Part shown: positions 27,067 through 35,558 of the stretch, in pieces
Layout: every line of letters starts with the position of its first letter
How positions within the stretch are numbered: the stretch's first letter is position 1
DNA from: a virus
Taxonomy: Duplodnaviria > Caudoviricetes
IMG/VR virus record: IMGVR_UViG_3300044709_000184
Span: 1 to 64,000 of that record
Reading direction: 5' to 3' (one strand)
Length of the DNA stretch: 64,000 bases
Notes under the pieces: model-generated
Databases searched by the model: none
Told to the model about the DNA's origin: nothing
Seen by the model: only the letters and a program-made list of their open reading frames with translations
Translations under genes and position numbers: made by a program

Positions 27067-27539
27067 CCGGCGTCGGCAGCCACTGGACCAGCGACCAGGC
27101 CCGCGCCCTCACCGACCACGTCACCGCCGCCCTGGAAAGGGCTGTGGTCCGGGACGCGGTCGCGGTCGCTGAGGAGTTAGCGACCGTGGTCCGGCGGTAC
27201 GGCACCGTCGGCCTGTACTCGATGTGTCGGGGCTTCGCCCACGCCATCAAACACTGGGCGGCCAAGGCCGGCCCGGACGGTGCCCAGATCGTGGGCATGA
27301 CCATCGAGGTCGAAGGCACCACCCCCGAAGACCTGCCCGCTGAGGCGCGGGCGTCGCTGTGGGCGGCCCGGTTCACGGCCGCGTACGTCAACCACGACCG
27401 GGCGATGACCGAAGCCCTGTTCCTGGCCCCGTACGAGGCCGGCCGTGCCGAAGACGCCAAGGCGAATGTGGCGGCCCTGCTGGCCATGGCCGCCGACCTG
27501 ATCCGGTTCGAGTTTGAGGAGGAGAGCTGCGATGGATGA
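27063..27539 (+). CDS. Hypothetical protein
   Basis: ATGA-coupled. Confidence 0.65.
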   Translation: MTGVGSHWTSDQARALTDHVTAALERAVVRDAVAVAEELATVVRRYGTVGLYSMCRGFAHAIKHWAAKAGPDGAQIVGMTIEVEGTTPEDLPAEARASLWAARFTAAYVNHDRAMTEALFLAPYEAGRAEDAKANVAALLAMAADLIRFEFEEESCDG

Positions 27540-28119
27540 GGCCGGGGTGGCCTGGGCCAAGGCCCGGGTGTTGGCAGTGTCGGCCGCGAACCGGGCCGCA
27601 GCCGCCAGCGGCAGCTACGTGTCCATCCACATGGGAGGGTCACCGGCGGCGCAGGCCTGGGCCGACGCCAACCCCGACGCCGAGTCGGCCTACTGCTGCA
27701 TGGGCGACGCCGACCAGGGCCCGGCCGGGTGCACCTGCTGGCGGCCCGAGTATGAGGTCGACCAGGCCGACCCGGTCCCGCCGACCGGCCCGGACGATCT
27801 GGTCGTGCCGGCCACCAAATGCGCCGACTGCGCCTACCGGCCTGGCAGCCCCGAGCGGGCCGACGAGTACATGGCCGACGAGCTGATCAGCTACGCCTAC
27901 GCCGGTCGGCCGTTCTTCTGCCACACCGGCTGCCGCCGCCCGTTGCGGTGGCGGCACCCCGACGGCCGGGTGATCGACGGCGACCCGTCCGACTACCGGC
28001 CCCTCATCCGCGACGCCATCCCGTACCAGGCCGACGGCCGCCCGGCTCCGATCTGCGCCGGGTGGGCCGCCATCGCCGCCCAGGCCGCCCAGACCAGCAC
28101 CACCAAATCCATCACCTAG
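27532..28119 (+). CDS. Cys-rich protein
   Basis: CADCAYR.GSPE...F.CH...ICAGW. Confidence 0.65.
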   Translation: MDEAGVAWAKARVLAVSAANRAAAASGSYVSIHMGGSPAAQAWADANPDAESAYCCMGDADQGPAGCTCWRPEYEVDQADPVPPTGPDDLVVPATKCADCAYRPGSPERADEYMADELISYAYAGRPFFCHTGCRRPLRWRHPDGRVIDGDPSDYRPLIRDAIPYQADGRPAPICAGWAAIAAQAAQTSTTKSIT

Positions 28120-28135
28120 CAAGGAGGCCAACACC

Positions 28136-28432
28136 ATGGCCCGCACCACCACCCACGCCCTCCAGTACCCGACCACCGCCACCGCCGACAACCCGACCGG
28201 CCGCACCCAATGGGTCATCACCAAACGGTGCGGCTGCCCCCGCGACGTCATCGAAGGCTCCGCGGCCGCCGACCAGGAAGCCGCCTGGAAGCTGGTCGCA
28301 CCGCTGCGCAGCGAACGGAACCGCCTGTACGCCGACGGCTGCACCCTGCACCACGTCACCCACGCCGAGTACCTCAAGCGGTACTCGGCTCTGATGACCC
28401 AGTCGTGCCCCCACTCGCAGGACCCGCGGTGA
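28136..28432 (+). CDS. Hypothetical protein
   Basis: AAGGAGG RBS. Confidence 0.7.
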   Translation: MARTTTHALQYPTTATADNPTGRTQWVITKRCGCPRDVIEGSAAADQEAAWKLVAPLRSERNRLYADGCTLHHVTHAEYLKRYSALMTQSCPHSQDPR

Positions 28433-28962
28433 GCCCCCGCAAGGCGCCGCCGTTGCCGTTGGGCGACGAGGCCCTGGTGGCCCTGTCAACGCTGCGGGGT
28501 GAGGTGGCCGCGGCCCGCGCCCGCATCGCCGAGCTGGAGCCGATCGTCGCGGCGGCCGCGTGCCTGTGGGGCCAGCAGGAGTGCGTCGAGGGCCAGTGCG
28601 ACTGTGCCGAGTACATCGATCCGGAAACGGGCCAGCCGAGGCCGGGCCTGACGCGCTGCCCCAACGTGGAGGAGCGCCACGCCACCGCAACCGACATCGT
28701 CGTGCGGGCCGACCTCGAATACCTCGTGGAGCAGCTGCTGGACATGTTGGGCGCAGACCGCCCCCCCGACTGGGCCGACCTGCGTGACGAGATCGAGACG
28801 GTGGTGCTCCGAGCCGACGAGCACCTTGACGACGACGACCCGCGCCGTGAGAAACCCCGCCCCGACCTGTACCGGCGGGTCCGCGACGCCTACCTGGATG
28901 ACTGCCGGGCCAGTGCCACCGCGACCGGCGTTGAGCCGCCCCGGGCCGGGGGTTCGACGTGA
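28429..28962 (+). CDS. Hypothetical protein
   Basis: GTGA-coupled. Confidence 0.65.
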   Translation: MSPRKAPPLPLGDEALVALSTLRGEVAAARARIAELEPIVAAAACLWGQQECVEGQCDCAEYIDPETGQPRPGLTRCPNVEERHATATDIVVRADLEYLVEQLLDMLGADRPPDWADLRDEIETVVLRADEHLDDDDPRREKPRPDLYRRVRDAYLDDCRASATATGVEPPRAGGST

Positions 28963-29924
28963 GCAACATCGAATGGACCAACCTGGTGTGGAACCCCACC
29001 ACCGGCTGCGACCGGCTCTCACCCGGCTGCGACCACTGCTACGCCCTGACCATGGCGAAACGGCTCAAGGGCATGGGTTCGGCGAAGTACCAGATCGACG
29101 GCGACCCCCGCACGTCGGGCCCCGGGTTCGGGCTGACCATGCACCCGTCGGTGGTGACGCGGCCGCTGTCGTGGCGTGCCCCGCAGCGGGTGTTCGTCAA
29201 CTCGATGTCGGACCTGTTCCACGCTGAGGTGTCCGTCGACTTCACCGCCCGCGTGTTCGCTGTCATGGCCCTCGCCGGCCGGCACACCTTCCAGGTGCTG
29301 ACCAAGCGGGCCAGGCGGATGGAGCTGGTCCTCACCCGCCCCGGCTTCGTGGACCAGGTGGCCCGGCACGTGGAGGACATCCTCGGCCACTCTGGGCGCC
29401 GGCCACGGTGGGCGTTCGACCTGGGCGGGCGGCGGCTCGCGGGCGACTCGGGCCAGCTCGGTGACGGCTGGAGCAGTAGCCCTGAGCGGGCGTGGGTTCC
29501 GCCGTGGCCGCTGCCCAACGTGTGGCTGGGGGTGTCGGTCGAAAGCCAGCAGGAAGCCGACCGGCGCATCCCGCACCTGGTGAGGACACCAGCTGGCGTC
29601 CGGTGGCTGTCGTGCGAACCGCTGCTCAGCCCGGTCGACATCGGGTCATGGCTCGTCGACCACGGTGAGCCCGGCCGGACTTGGGGCATCCCGATCGACT
29701 GGGTCGTGGTCGGTGGCGAGTCCGGCTCGACCAGGCCGATGGACCCGGACTGGGCCCGGTTGCTGCGGGACCAGTGCACCGCGGCCGAGGTGCCGTTCTT
29801 CTTCAAACAAGCCGGCCAGGTGCTCGCCCGTCAGTGGGGCTGCCGCGACCCGAAGGGCCACGACCCGGCCGACTGGCCCGAGCCCTTCCCAAGGGAGTAC
29901 CCCGCCGCGAGGGCAGCCGCGTGA
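28959..29924 (+). CDS. DUF5131 (phage Gp37/Gp68) family protein
   Basis: IEWT..WNP.TGC..SPGCDHCYA; FVNSMSDLFH; LTKR; VVGGESG; FFKQ. Confidence 0.92.
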   Translation: MSNIEWTNLVWNPTTGCDRLSPGCDHCYALTMAKRLKGMGSAKYQIDGDPRTSGPGFGLTMHPSVVTRPLSWRAPQRVFVNSMSDLFHAEVSVDFTARVFAVMALAGRHTFQVLTKRARRMELVLTRPGFVDQVARHVEDILGHSGRRPRWAFDLGGRRLAGDSGQLGDGWSSSPERAWVPPWPLPNVWLGVSVESQQEADRRIPHLVRTPAGVRWLSCEPLLSPVDIGSWLVDHGEPGRTWGIPIDWVVVGGESGSTRPMDPDWARLLRDQCTAAEVPFFFKQAGQVLARQWGCRDPKGHDPADWPEPFPREYPAARAAA

Positions 29925-30229
29925 TCGCCTTCTACAGCCTGTACGGCTCGCCCCAGGTTAGGCGGCTGCACATCCTGCACCCGGGCCGGGAGCGGGCCCG
30001 CCCGAAGTGGCGCTATGACAGGCCGCCGATGAAGGAAGGGTTCTGCGGCACAGCCGGCTGGGACTGCTCCGACGGCGCCGGCCGGCATGTGATCGACCCG
30101 CTGCCCGAGGTGCCGCCCTCGAGGCTGACGTGGTGCCCGACCTGTGTCGGGCGGGCCGCTGAACACCTGGGCATGCTGTCCGGCTTCGCCAGGCTGGTGG
30201 CCCGCAAGGCGATCGGGGTCGCGTCGTGA
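29921..30229 (+). CDS. Hypothetical protein
   Basis: GTGA-coupled. Confidence 0.6.
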   Translation: MIAFYSLYGSPQVRRLHILHPGRERARPKWRYDRPPMKEGFCGTAGWDCSDGAGRHVIDPLPEVPPSRLTWCPTCVGRAAEHLGMLSGFARLVARKAIGVAS

Positions 30230-30281
30230 TGGTGTACGTCGGCGATGCTCGGCTGGCCGCCGGGCTGCAAGGAGGTTGACG

Positions 30282-30647
30282 ATGGGATTCACCATCCACA
30301 GCTGCGTGGTGCCGACCTGTGATGACTGTGGTGATGGCTGGAGTGGCGGCGAGGAGGGGCCATTTCATTTCGGTTCGGCCGAGGAGGCCGAGCTGTTCCT
30401 GACGGACCACCTGGACTGGAAGATCATCGACGGCCGGTTGGTGTGCGATGGGTGCTGGAACAAACGGGAGTGTCTCCGCCTCGACCACGACTGGTACGAC
30501 TGGCACGATGGCGCGACGCCTGATGGCCAGGTTCCCTACCGGGCCCGACACTGCCAGCGGTGTGACGCTTCGCAGTTTGACCCACCGGTGGCGGACCTGG
30601 TCCTACTTAGCAGGGTTGCCCGAATCATCGATCGGGCCGGGAGCTGA
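30282..30647 (+). CDS. Cys-rich hypothetical protein
   Basis: AAGGAGG RBS; three CxxC. Confidence 0.65.
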   Translation: MGFTIHSCVVPTCDDCGDGWSGGEEGPFHFGSAEEAELFLTDHLDWKIIDGRLVCDGCWNKRECLRLDHDWYDWHDGATPDGQVPYRARHCQRCDASQFDPPVADLVLLSRVARIIDRAGS

Positions 30648-30652
30648 CCGCC

Positions 30653-30964
30653 ATGACTGTCTATGTCGACGACTCGCTCATCCCAGCGACGGTGAACCGG
30701 ATCAGGAGCCGCTGGTCGCACCTGTTCGCCGACACCCAGGACGAGCTGCACGCCTTCGCCCAGTCGATCGGGCTGCGCCGGTCATGGTTCCAGCCCGGCA
30801 AACCGTTCGCCGGCCAGCCGAGCCGGCTCTGGCACTACGACGTGACGGAAGGCAAACGACGCCAGGCCATCGCCGCCGGTGCCCGACCGGTGGCGTGGCG
30901 CGACGCTGTCCAGATCATGAAGGACCGGGACGACCGGGCCCAGGAGGAGCAGAGCCATGAGTGA
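30653..30964 (+). CDS. DUF4031 protein
   Basis: VYVDD...WSHL.ADT..ELH.FA..IGLRR.WFQ...HYD. Confidence 0.88.
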   Translation: MTVYVDDSLIPATVNRIRSRWSHLFADTQDELHAFAQSIGLRRSWFQPGKPFAGQPSRLWHYDVTEGKRRQAIAAGARPVAWRDAVQIMKDRDDRAQEEQSHE

Positions 30965-31436
30965 GGTCATCGATATCGTCCTGCACACCGACCTGCACGG
31001 GCAGGTGGCCGGCTACGCCGGCGGTAACAAGGTCATCGCCGTGTGGGGGCCGGCAGTGGAGGGTGACTGGTTCGTGTGGGTCGCCGGGCAGGGCGACCCC
31101 CGCCGGGTGGCGACCCGCGAAGAGGCCATGGCCCTGCTGCCGGCCCGGTGGCCCGTCCCGGACCGTGACCCGACCCGACCCGGCCCGGTTGAGGACCAGG
31201 ACGCCACACACCAGGAGGGGGGGCCGATGCCGGTGTTCCCGATCCTGGCCAAGGACGCCCTGGCCCCGGGCATCATCGCCGCCTACCGCGACCTGTGCCT
31301 GGCCACGGGGGCCACCGCCCAGGCCGGGCAGGTCCAGCTGGCCCTCGACGAGGTGGTGGCCTGGCAGGCCACCAACCCGGGCCAGGTCGCCATGCCCGAC
31401 CACCGGCATATCCCGGCCGCCGGGGGTGGACGGTGA
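30957..31436 (+). CDS. Hypothetical protein
   Basis: GGAGGAG RBS. Confidence 0.65.
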   Translation: MSEVIDIVLHTDLHGQVAGYAGGNKVIAVWGPAVEGDWFVWVAGQGDPRRVATREEAMALLPARWPVPDRDPTRPGPVEDQDATHQEGGPMPVFPILAKDALAPGIIAAYRDLCLATGATAQAGQVQLALDEVVAWQATNPGQVAMPDHRHIPAAGGGR

Positions 31437-32092
31437 CCGACCTGGACAAGTGGCCGCGGCTGCTCGTGGTCGGCAAGCCCGTCACGCCGGAGCAGGCCAA
31501 CGACATCCTGATCCGCACCGACAGCTGGATCCTGTGTCTGAACGACCGGGCATGGGCCAAGGCCGCCTACCGGGTCGCCGGGGTCGTGTTGGCCCATTAC
31601 GGCATGCCAGGGCTGGAGGAGCTGCGGGAGTTCCGGGCCCGGATGGGTGTGCTGGACCTCGCCTATATGGCCAACGTCCGGATCGGGTCGAGCTGGATCG
31701 GCGGCCCCCACGGCTGGTGTGACTGGGACGGACAGATCGGCTGCGCCGCCTACAACGTCGGCACGTGGCCCTCCCACGAGCAAGTCACCGACGACTGGCG
31801 ACAGATCGCCGCCGCGTGGCCATTCCTTGACCTGGTGGCGCAGCTGGTCACCGACGACGGTGAGGGCGACCTGGCCGGACAGTGGACGGTACGCGGCGGC
31901 CAGGTCCAGTTCGACCCGGCCCCGGCCGAGCTGATCCGCCCGGCCGAGGAGGTCGCCCTCAGCGCGATAGCGATGCTGGCGTTCCGGTCCGAGGTCACGG
32001 GCCGGGAACAGGGCGTGCCGATGCGGCGGCTGGTCGCAGCCCTCGACCAGGTCCGCCAGTCCCAGTCCCAGCCCGCCAGGGCCGACCGGTGA
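31433..32092 (+). CDS. Conserved phage protein
   Basis: KWP...SSWIGGPHGWC.WDG...WPS motif. Confidence 0.7.
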   Translation: MTDLDKWPRLLVVGKPVTPEQANDILIRTDSWILCLNDRAWAKAAYRVAGVVLAHYGMPGLEELREFRARMGVLDLAYMANVRIGSSWIGGPHGWCDWDGQIGCAAYNVGTWPSHEQVTDDWRQIAAAWPFLDLVAQLVTDDGEGDLAGQWTVRGGQVQFDPAPAELIRPAEEVALSAIAMLAFRSEVTGREQGVPMRRLVAALDQVRQSQSQPARADR

Positions 32093-32289
32093 AGGCTGAG
32101 CTGGCGGCGGCCGCGGCGCAGCTGGCCGAGCAGGACCTGCTGGCCGCGTTGCAGGTCGCCGACGTCGACGCGGTACGGGACGCCCTGTACCGCCTGGCGC
32201 TGGTGGCCCCGAAACGCACCTGGTTCTACCTGCGGGTCATCAACGACATCCTCGAGCAGCAGCCCCCCGACCTGACCCCAGCGGGCTAG
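32089..32289 (+). CDS. Hypothetical protein
   Basis: GTGA-coupled. Confidence 0.55.
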   Translation: MKAELAAAAAQLAEQDLLAALQVADVDAVRDALYRLALVAPKRTWFYLRVINDILEQQPPDLTPAG

Positions 32290-32807
32290 GCGGCGGCCCG
32301 GCACGTTTCCGACGGCGGCGGCGGCAGCGGGTTGGTGCGGCGCTGCTCCTCAGCCGCCTGGCGGCGGGCGTCGACGTCACGAAGCGTCGTCTCGTAGTCG
32401 GCGAAGGCCTGCCTGATCTGGCCCCGCGGGTCTGGGCCGGTGGCGGTGAACACAGCCAGGATGAGCCGCTTCGTGGCGGCTGACTCTTCCCGGTCGGCGG
32501 CCCGGTCGGTGTCTGAGGCCTCAGACCGGGCCCGGGTCGCGAGGGCGTTGGCCTCGTTGACTGAGGCCTGACAGTCGATGTAGGTCCGCAGCCGGCCCGC
32601 GTCGCCCTGGCGTTGCACCCCCACCACCGACGCGAGGATCATCCCGCCGAACGACACGGCGAGCAGGACCAGCTGAACCCGGCGGCTCAGCGGGCCTGTC
32701 CCCGGCGCCGCTGTCGCCGCCGCACCACCCACGGCCGTGCGACGACCTCGCCCAATATGGCTCCAGCGAGTCCACCAATGACCAGCCACCGAGCTACCTC
32801 CATCCAA
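32286..32807 (-). CDS. Single-TM coiled-coil membrane protein (possible lysis accessory)
   Basis: End of tail operon; TM plus two Cys. Confidence 0.65.
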   Translation of the reverse strand: MDGGSSVAGHWWTRWSHIGRGRRTAVGGAAATAAPGTGPLSRRVQLVLLAVSFGGMILASVVGVQRQGDAGRLRTYIDCQASVNEANALATRARSEASDTDRAADREESAATKRLILAVFTATGPDPRGQIRQAFADYETTLRDVDARRQAAEEQRRTNPLPPPPSETCRAAA

Positions 32808-32819
32808 TAGGTCACGGGG

Positions 32820-33071
32820 TCAACCCTGTTCTTCTCGGTGGGGTGGTGGAGGTCTGCGGTGCTCGGTGCCGTCGCCGGCCCGAAAGGCTACGAGGATCGC
32901 CGAGATGCCGAGGGGCAGCGCCATCCACAGTTCGCTGGGCGGCACGTGGCTGGCGGTGGAGGCCGTGACGAACCCCATCGCGACCAGCCAGCCGAGGCCG
33001 TGGATGACGAGGAGCACGTTCTGTACGGGGGGCCACCGGAACCGGCCGCCCAGCCCGGCCGGCCGGGCCAT
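32820..33071 (-). CDS. Two-TM protein (holin-like)
   Basis: TGATG-coupled to tail gene. Confidence 0.6.
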   Translation of the reverse strand: MARPAGLGGRFRWPPVQNVLLVIHGLGWLVAMGFVTASTASHVPPSELWMALPLGISAILVAFRAGDGTEHRRPPPPHREEQG

Positions 33072-33604
33072 CAGTACGCCTGCACCATGATGTAGCGGTC
33101 CTGGAAGGTCCCCGTAGCAGCACCGTTGACCTTGTACTTGGCGGTGAACGTGTTCGACCCGGGCGTGAGGCCGGTCATCAGGAACACCCGGCTGGCGCAG
33201 ATCAGGTTGACGTTCGCGATGGCAGCGGCCCGGCCCGCGTCGACCGCGGCTGATGTGGTGGCACCCGACACCGCCCACGACATGAAGGCGGTAATCGTCG
33301 AGGCCGAGCATTGGATCTGCCCGCCGACCGTCACCAGCGCCGTGGCGCCGGTCGTCAAGGTGACCGCCGGCCCGACCGTGGCCAGGTCGGTGTAGCTGGT
33401 GGAGGTGGTGGTCTGGCTGGTCGCCACCAACGCCTGCTGCGGGATGCGGGTCGTGTTGACCGTCGTCTCGAGGGTCGACACCCGGGCGGCCAGGGCGACC
33501 ACGGTGGCCTCGATGGCCAGGGCCAGATCTTCGCCCAGGTTCGGCCCGTCAGGCCGGTCGGACAGCGTCTGGTACGGCCAGCCGTAGGTGGGTGTGGTTG
33601 CCAC
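33071..33604 (-). CDS. Minor tail/receptor-binding protein
   Basis: TTP.YGWPY N-terminus, coil, beta-rich head (TTSTSYTDL). Confidence 0.75.
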   Translation of the reverse strand: MATTPTYGWPYQTLSDRPDGPNLGEDLALAIEATVVALAARVSTLETTVNTTRIPQQALVATSQTTTSTSYTDLATVGPAVTLTTGATALVTVGGQIQCSASTITAFMSWAVSGATTSAAVDAGRAAAIANVNLICASRVFLMTGLTPGSNTFTAKYKVNGAATGTFQDRYIMVQAY

Positions 33605-33663
33605 GGGTCTGACGGTGCCGCAGGCCCCGGCCCGCGCGGGCCGGAACGGCTCCGGCCCCGGTC

Positions 33664-33682
33664 GTCATTTCGCTGTCATGAC
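33664..33682. promoter_or_regulatory. GTCAT-N9-ATGAC site
   Basis: Begins 60 nt upstream of the start at 33604. Confidence 0.65.
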
Positions 33683-33702
33683 AGCGGGGGGGTCTTCTCC
33701 GC

Positions 33703-34437
33703 TCACAGGGTGATGACGGTCAGCGTGCGGCGCCCGAAGTCGGTGTTCTCGCTGGAGTTGGCCTTGTACTTCATAGTGAACGTGGTCAATCCGGAGTTGA
33801 GGCCTTCCAGCACCACGCTCTGGGTGTAGGTGCCCTGCAGGGTGTCGGATGTGATCGTGTTCGCGCCGAACGTCATGGTGGCCCGGATCGTGGTTTCGGC
33901 CGCCGCGGCGGTGAGCGTGTTGGCGCCGGTGAGGGCGACCGTGACGGCGCCGCCGCCGTTGTCGAGGGGGTCGGTGTCGATGAACTGGATCTGCGATGAG
34001 AACAGCAACAACACCCGGCCGGTCTGGCGGACGTTGACCGTGACCGCCGGGCCGGGGGTGGTGAGGTCGACGTAGGTCGCCGAGTTGGTTGTTTCCTGGG
34101 TGGTGATGGAGCTGGTCGCGACCCACGCCGACAGCAGGCTGATCGCGTTGAAGGCGTCGGCGGTGTTGGGGATGACCATGCGCCCGATGATGGCCCAGGT
34201 GGCCACGCCCCGTTCGGACAGGACCGAGATCACGCCGACCACGGCGCCGGGGGCGAGCAGGGTGGACTCACCGACCCCCAGGATGGGCAGGTCGGTGAAC
34301 TGCGACCCGCCGACCTGGACCGTGTTCTGCAGGGTGATCTGGTTGAAGGCGAGGATGACGCCCTGCCTGTATCGCATGTCCTGCGAGGGGCTCGCCAGCG
34401 GCGGCGCGAACAGCTGCTCCAGGTCGTCGGCCATCAC
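33703..34437 (-). CDS. Minor tail protein (OB-like N-terminus plus beta-sandwich)
   Basis: C-terminus similar to 33071-33604 (TTNSATYVDL...GL..G..TFT.KYK). Confidence 0.75.
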   Translation of the reverse strand: MMADDLEQLFAPPLASPSQDMRYRQGVILAFNQITLQNTVQVGGSQFTDLPILGVGESTLLAPGAVVGVISVLSERGVATWAIIGRMVIPNTADAFNAISLLSAWVATSSITTQETTNSATYVDLTTPGPAVTVNVRQTGRVLLLFSSQIQFIDTDPLDNGGGAVTVALTGANTLTAAAAETTIRATMTFGANTITSDTLQGTYTQSVVLEGLNSGLTTFTMKYKANSSENTDFGRRTLTVITL

Positions 34438-35558
34438 AAGTGTCCAATCAGTACGGTGGTCTGCTCGCGGGTGGTGACGGTCAACGGTTCCCGCTCGGTC
34501 AGGGGGATCGTGATGCGGTCACACACGTGGATCTCAGTGCCGGTCGAGGTCGCGAACCGGATCTGCACCGGGTCGTACGGTTCGAGGGCCGGGTTGGGGC
34601 TGGACTTGAACTCGACGTTGTAGGGCAGGCCCAGGTTCTGCTGCAGCAGCGACTGGGCGGCTGACAGGGCCTGCGCGTCGGTCGTCAGGAACGGCGACGT
34701 GTAGTACCGGGGCACCGGCCCGAACCGGCCGTAGTAGTAGGTCGGCGAGGCGGGGTTGTTGTCGATCGCGACGGCCCGGGCCGGGGTGGCCGTGTCGGTG
34801 GCCTCACCGGAGGCGACGACCGCGTTGAACACGCCCTCCCGTGAAAGCTTCCGGCTCGACGACACCAACACCCCGTCCTGGCCGGCGTTCACTTCCCACA
34901 CCGGGGTGGTCGTTGACGGCGGGGCTGTGATGACCAGGATGCCCCGGTGGTCCCAGTACCAGATCTTCCCCACCGAGGCGATGAGGTCATCGAGGAACTC
35001 GAACCGGGTTTCTTCGGCGATCAGGGCCCGACCGACGGCGGTGGCGTCGGTCGCGTCGTCCCACTGGATCGTCGCCGACGGGTACACGGCCGTGATCAGC
35101 TGGGACACGACGGTGCCGTAGGTGGTGGCGGCGGTGAACTGGATGGGGGCGATGAGCCGGCCATCGATGATGGCCTGCATCCGGTCCATGCCGGTGATGC
35201 GGATGGGCCCGTCGACCGGGGCGTCCTGCTCGGGGGTTTCGATCCGGAAGTAGCCGAGCGAGCACCACTCGATGGTGCCGTTGCCGTACTCGATGCCGCG
35301 GCGGATGAAGATTTCGTTGCCGTACGGGGCGAACAGGTCGCTGGCCTGGTCGGGCCACAGGCCTGTCCCGTCGGTGATCAAGTCCAATGTGGACCGCACG
35401 TCGGCGGCCCCGTCGAGCACCACTGACCCGTCGATGATGTCGACCTCGGTGCCGGTGGGGTCCGTGCCGGTTTGGAACGTGGACAGCACCTTCGCCTGGG
35501 CGGTCATGGTGTGGCTGCCGCGCAGGGTTTCCAGGAACGCAGCCGATACGGGCCTCAC
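34434..35558 (-). CDS. Minor tail/baseplate hub protein (DUF5047-like)
   Basis: MRPVS..F...LRGSH; PYGNEI; NAVVASGE; PNPALEP.D. Confidence 0.8.
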   Translation of the reverse strand: MRPVSAAFLETLRGSHTMTAQAKVLSTFQTGTDPTGTEVDIIDGSVVLDGAADVRSTLDLITDGTGLWPDQASDLFAPYGNEIFIRRGIEYGNGTIEWCSLGYFRIETPEQDAPVDGPIRITGMDRMQAIIDGRLIAPIQFTAATTYGTVVSQLITAVYPSATIQWDDATDATAVGRALIAEETRFEFLDDLIASVGKIWYWDHRGILVITAPPSTTTPVWEVNAGQDGVLVSSSRKLSREGVFNAVVASGEATDTATPARAVAIDNNPASPTYYYGRFGPVPRYYTSPFLTTDAQALSAAQSLLQQNLGLPYNVEFKSSPNPALEPYDPVQIRFATSTGTEIHVCDRITIPLTEREPLTVTTREQTTVLIGHL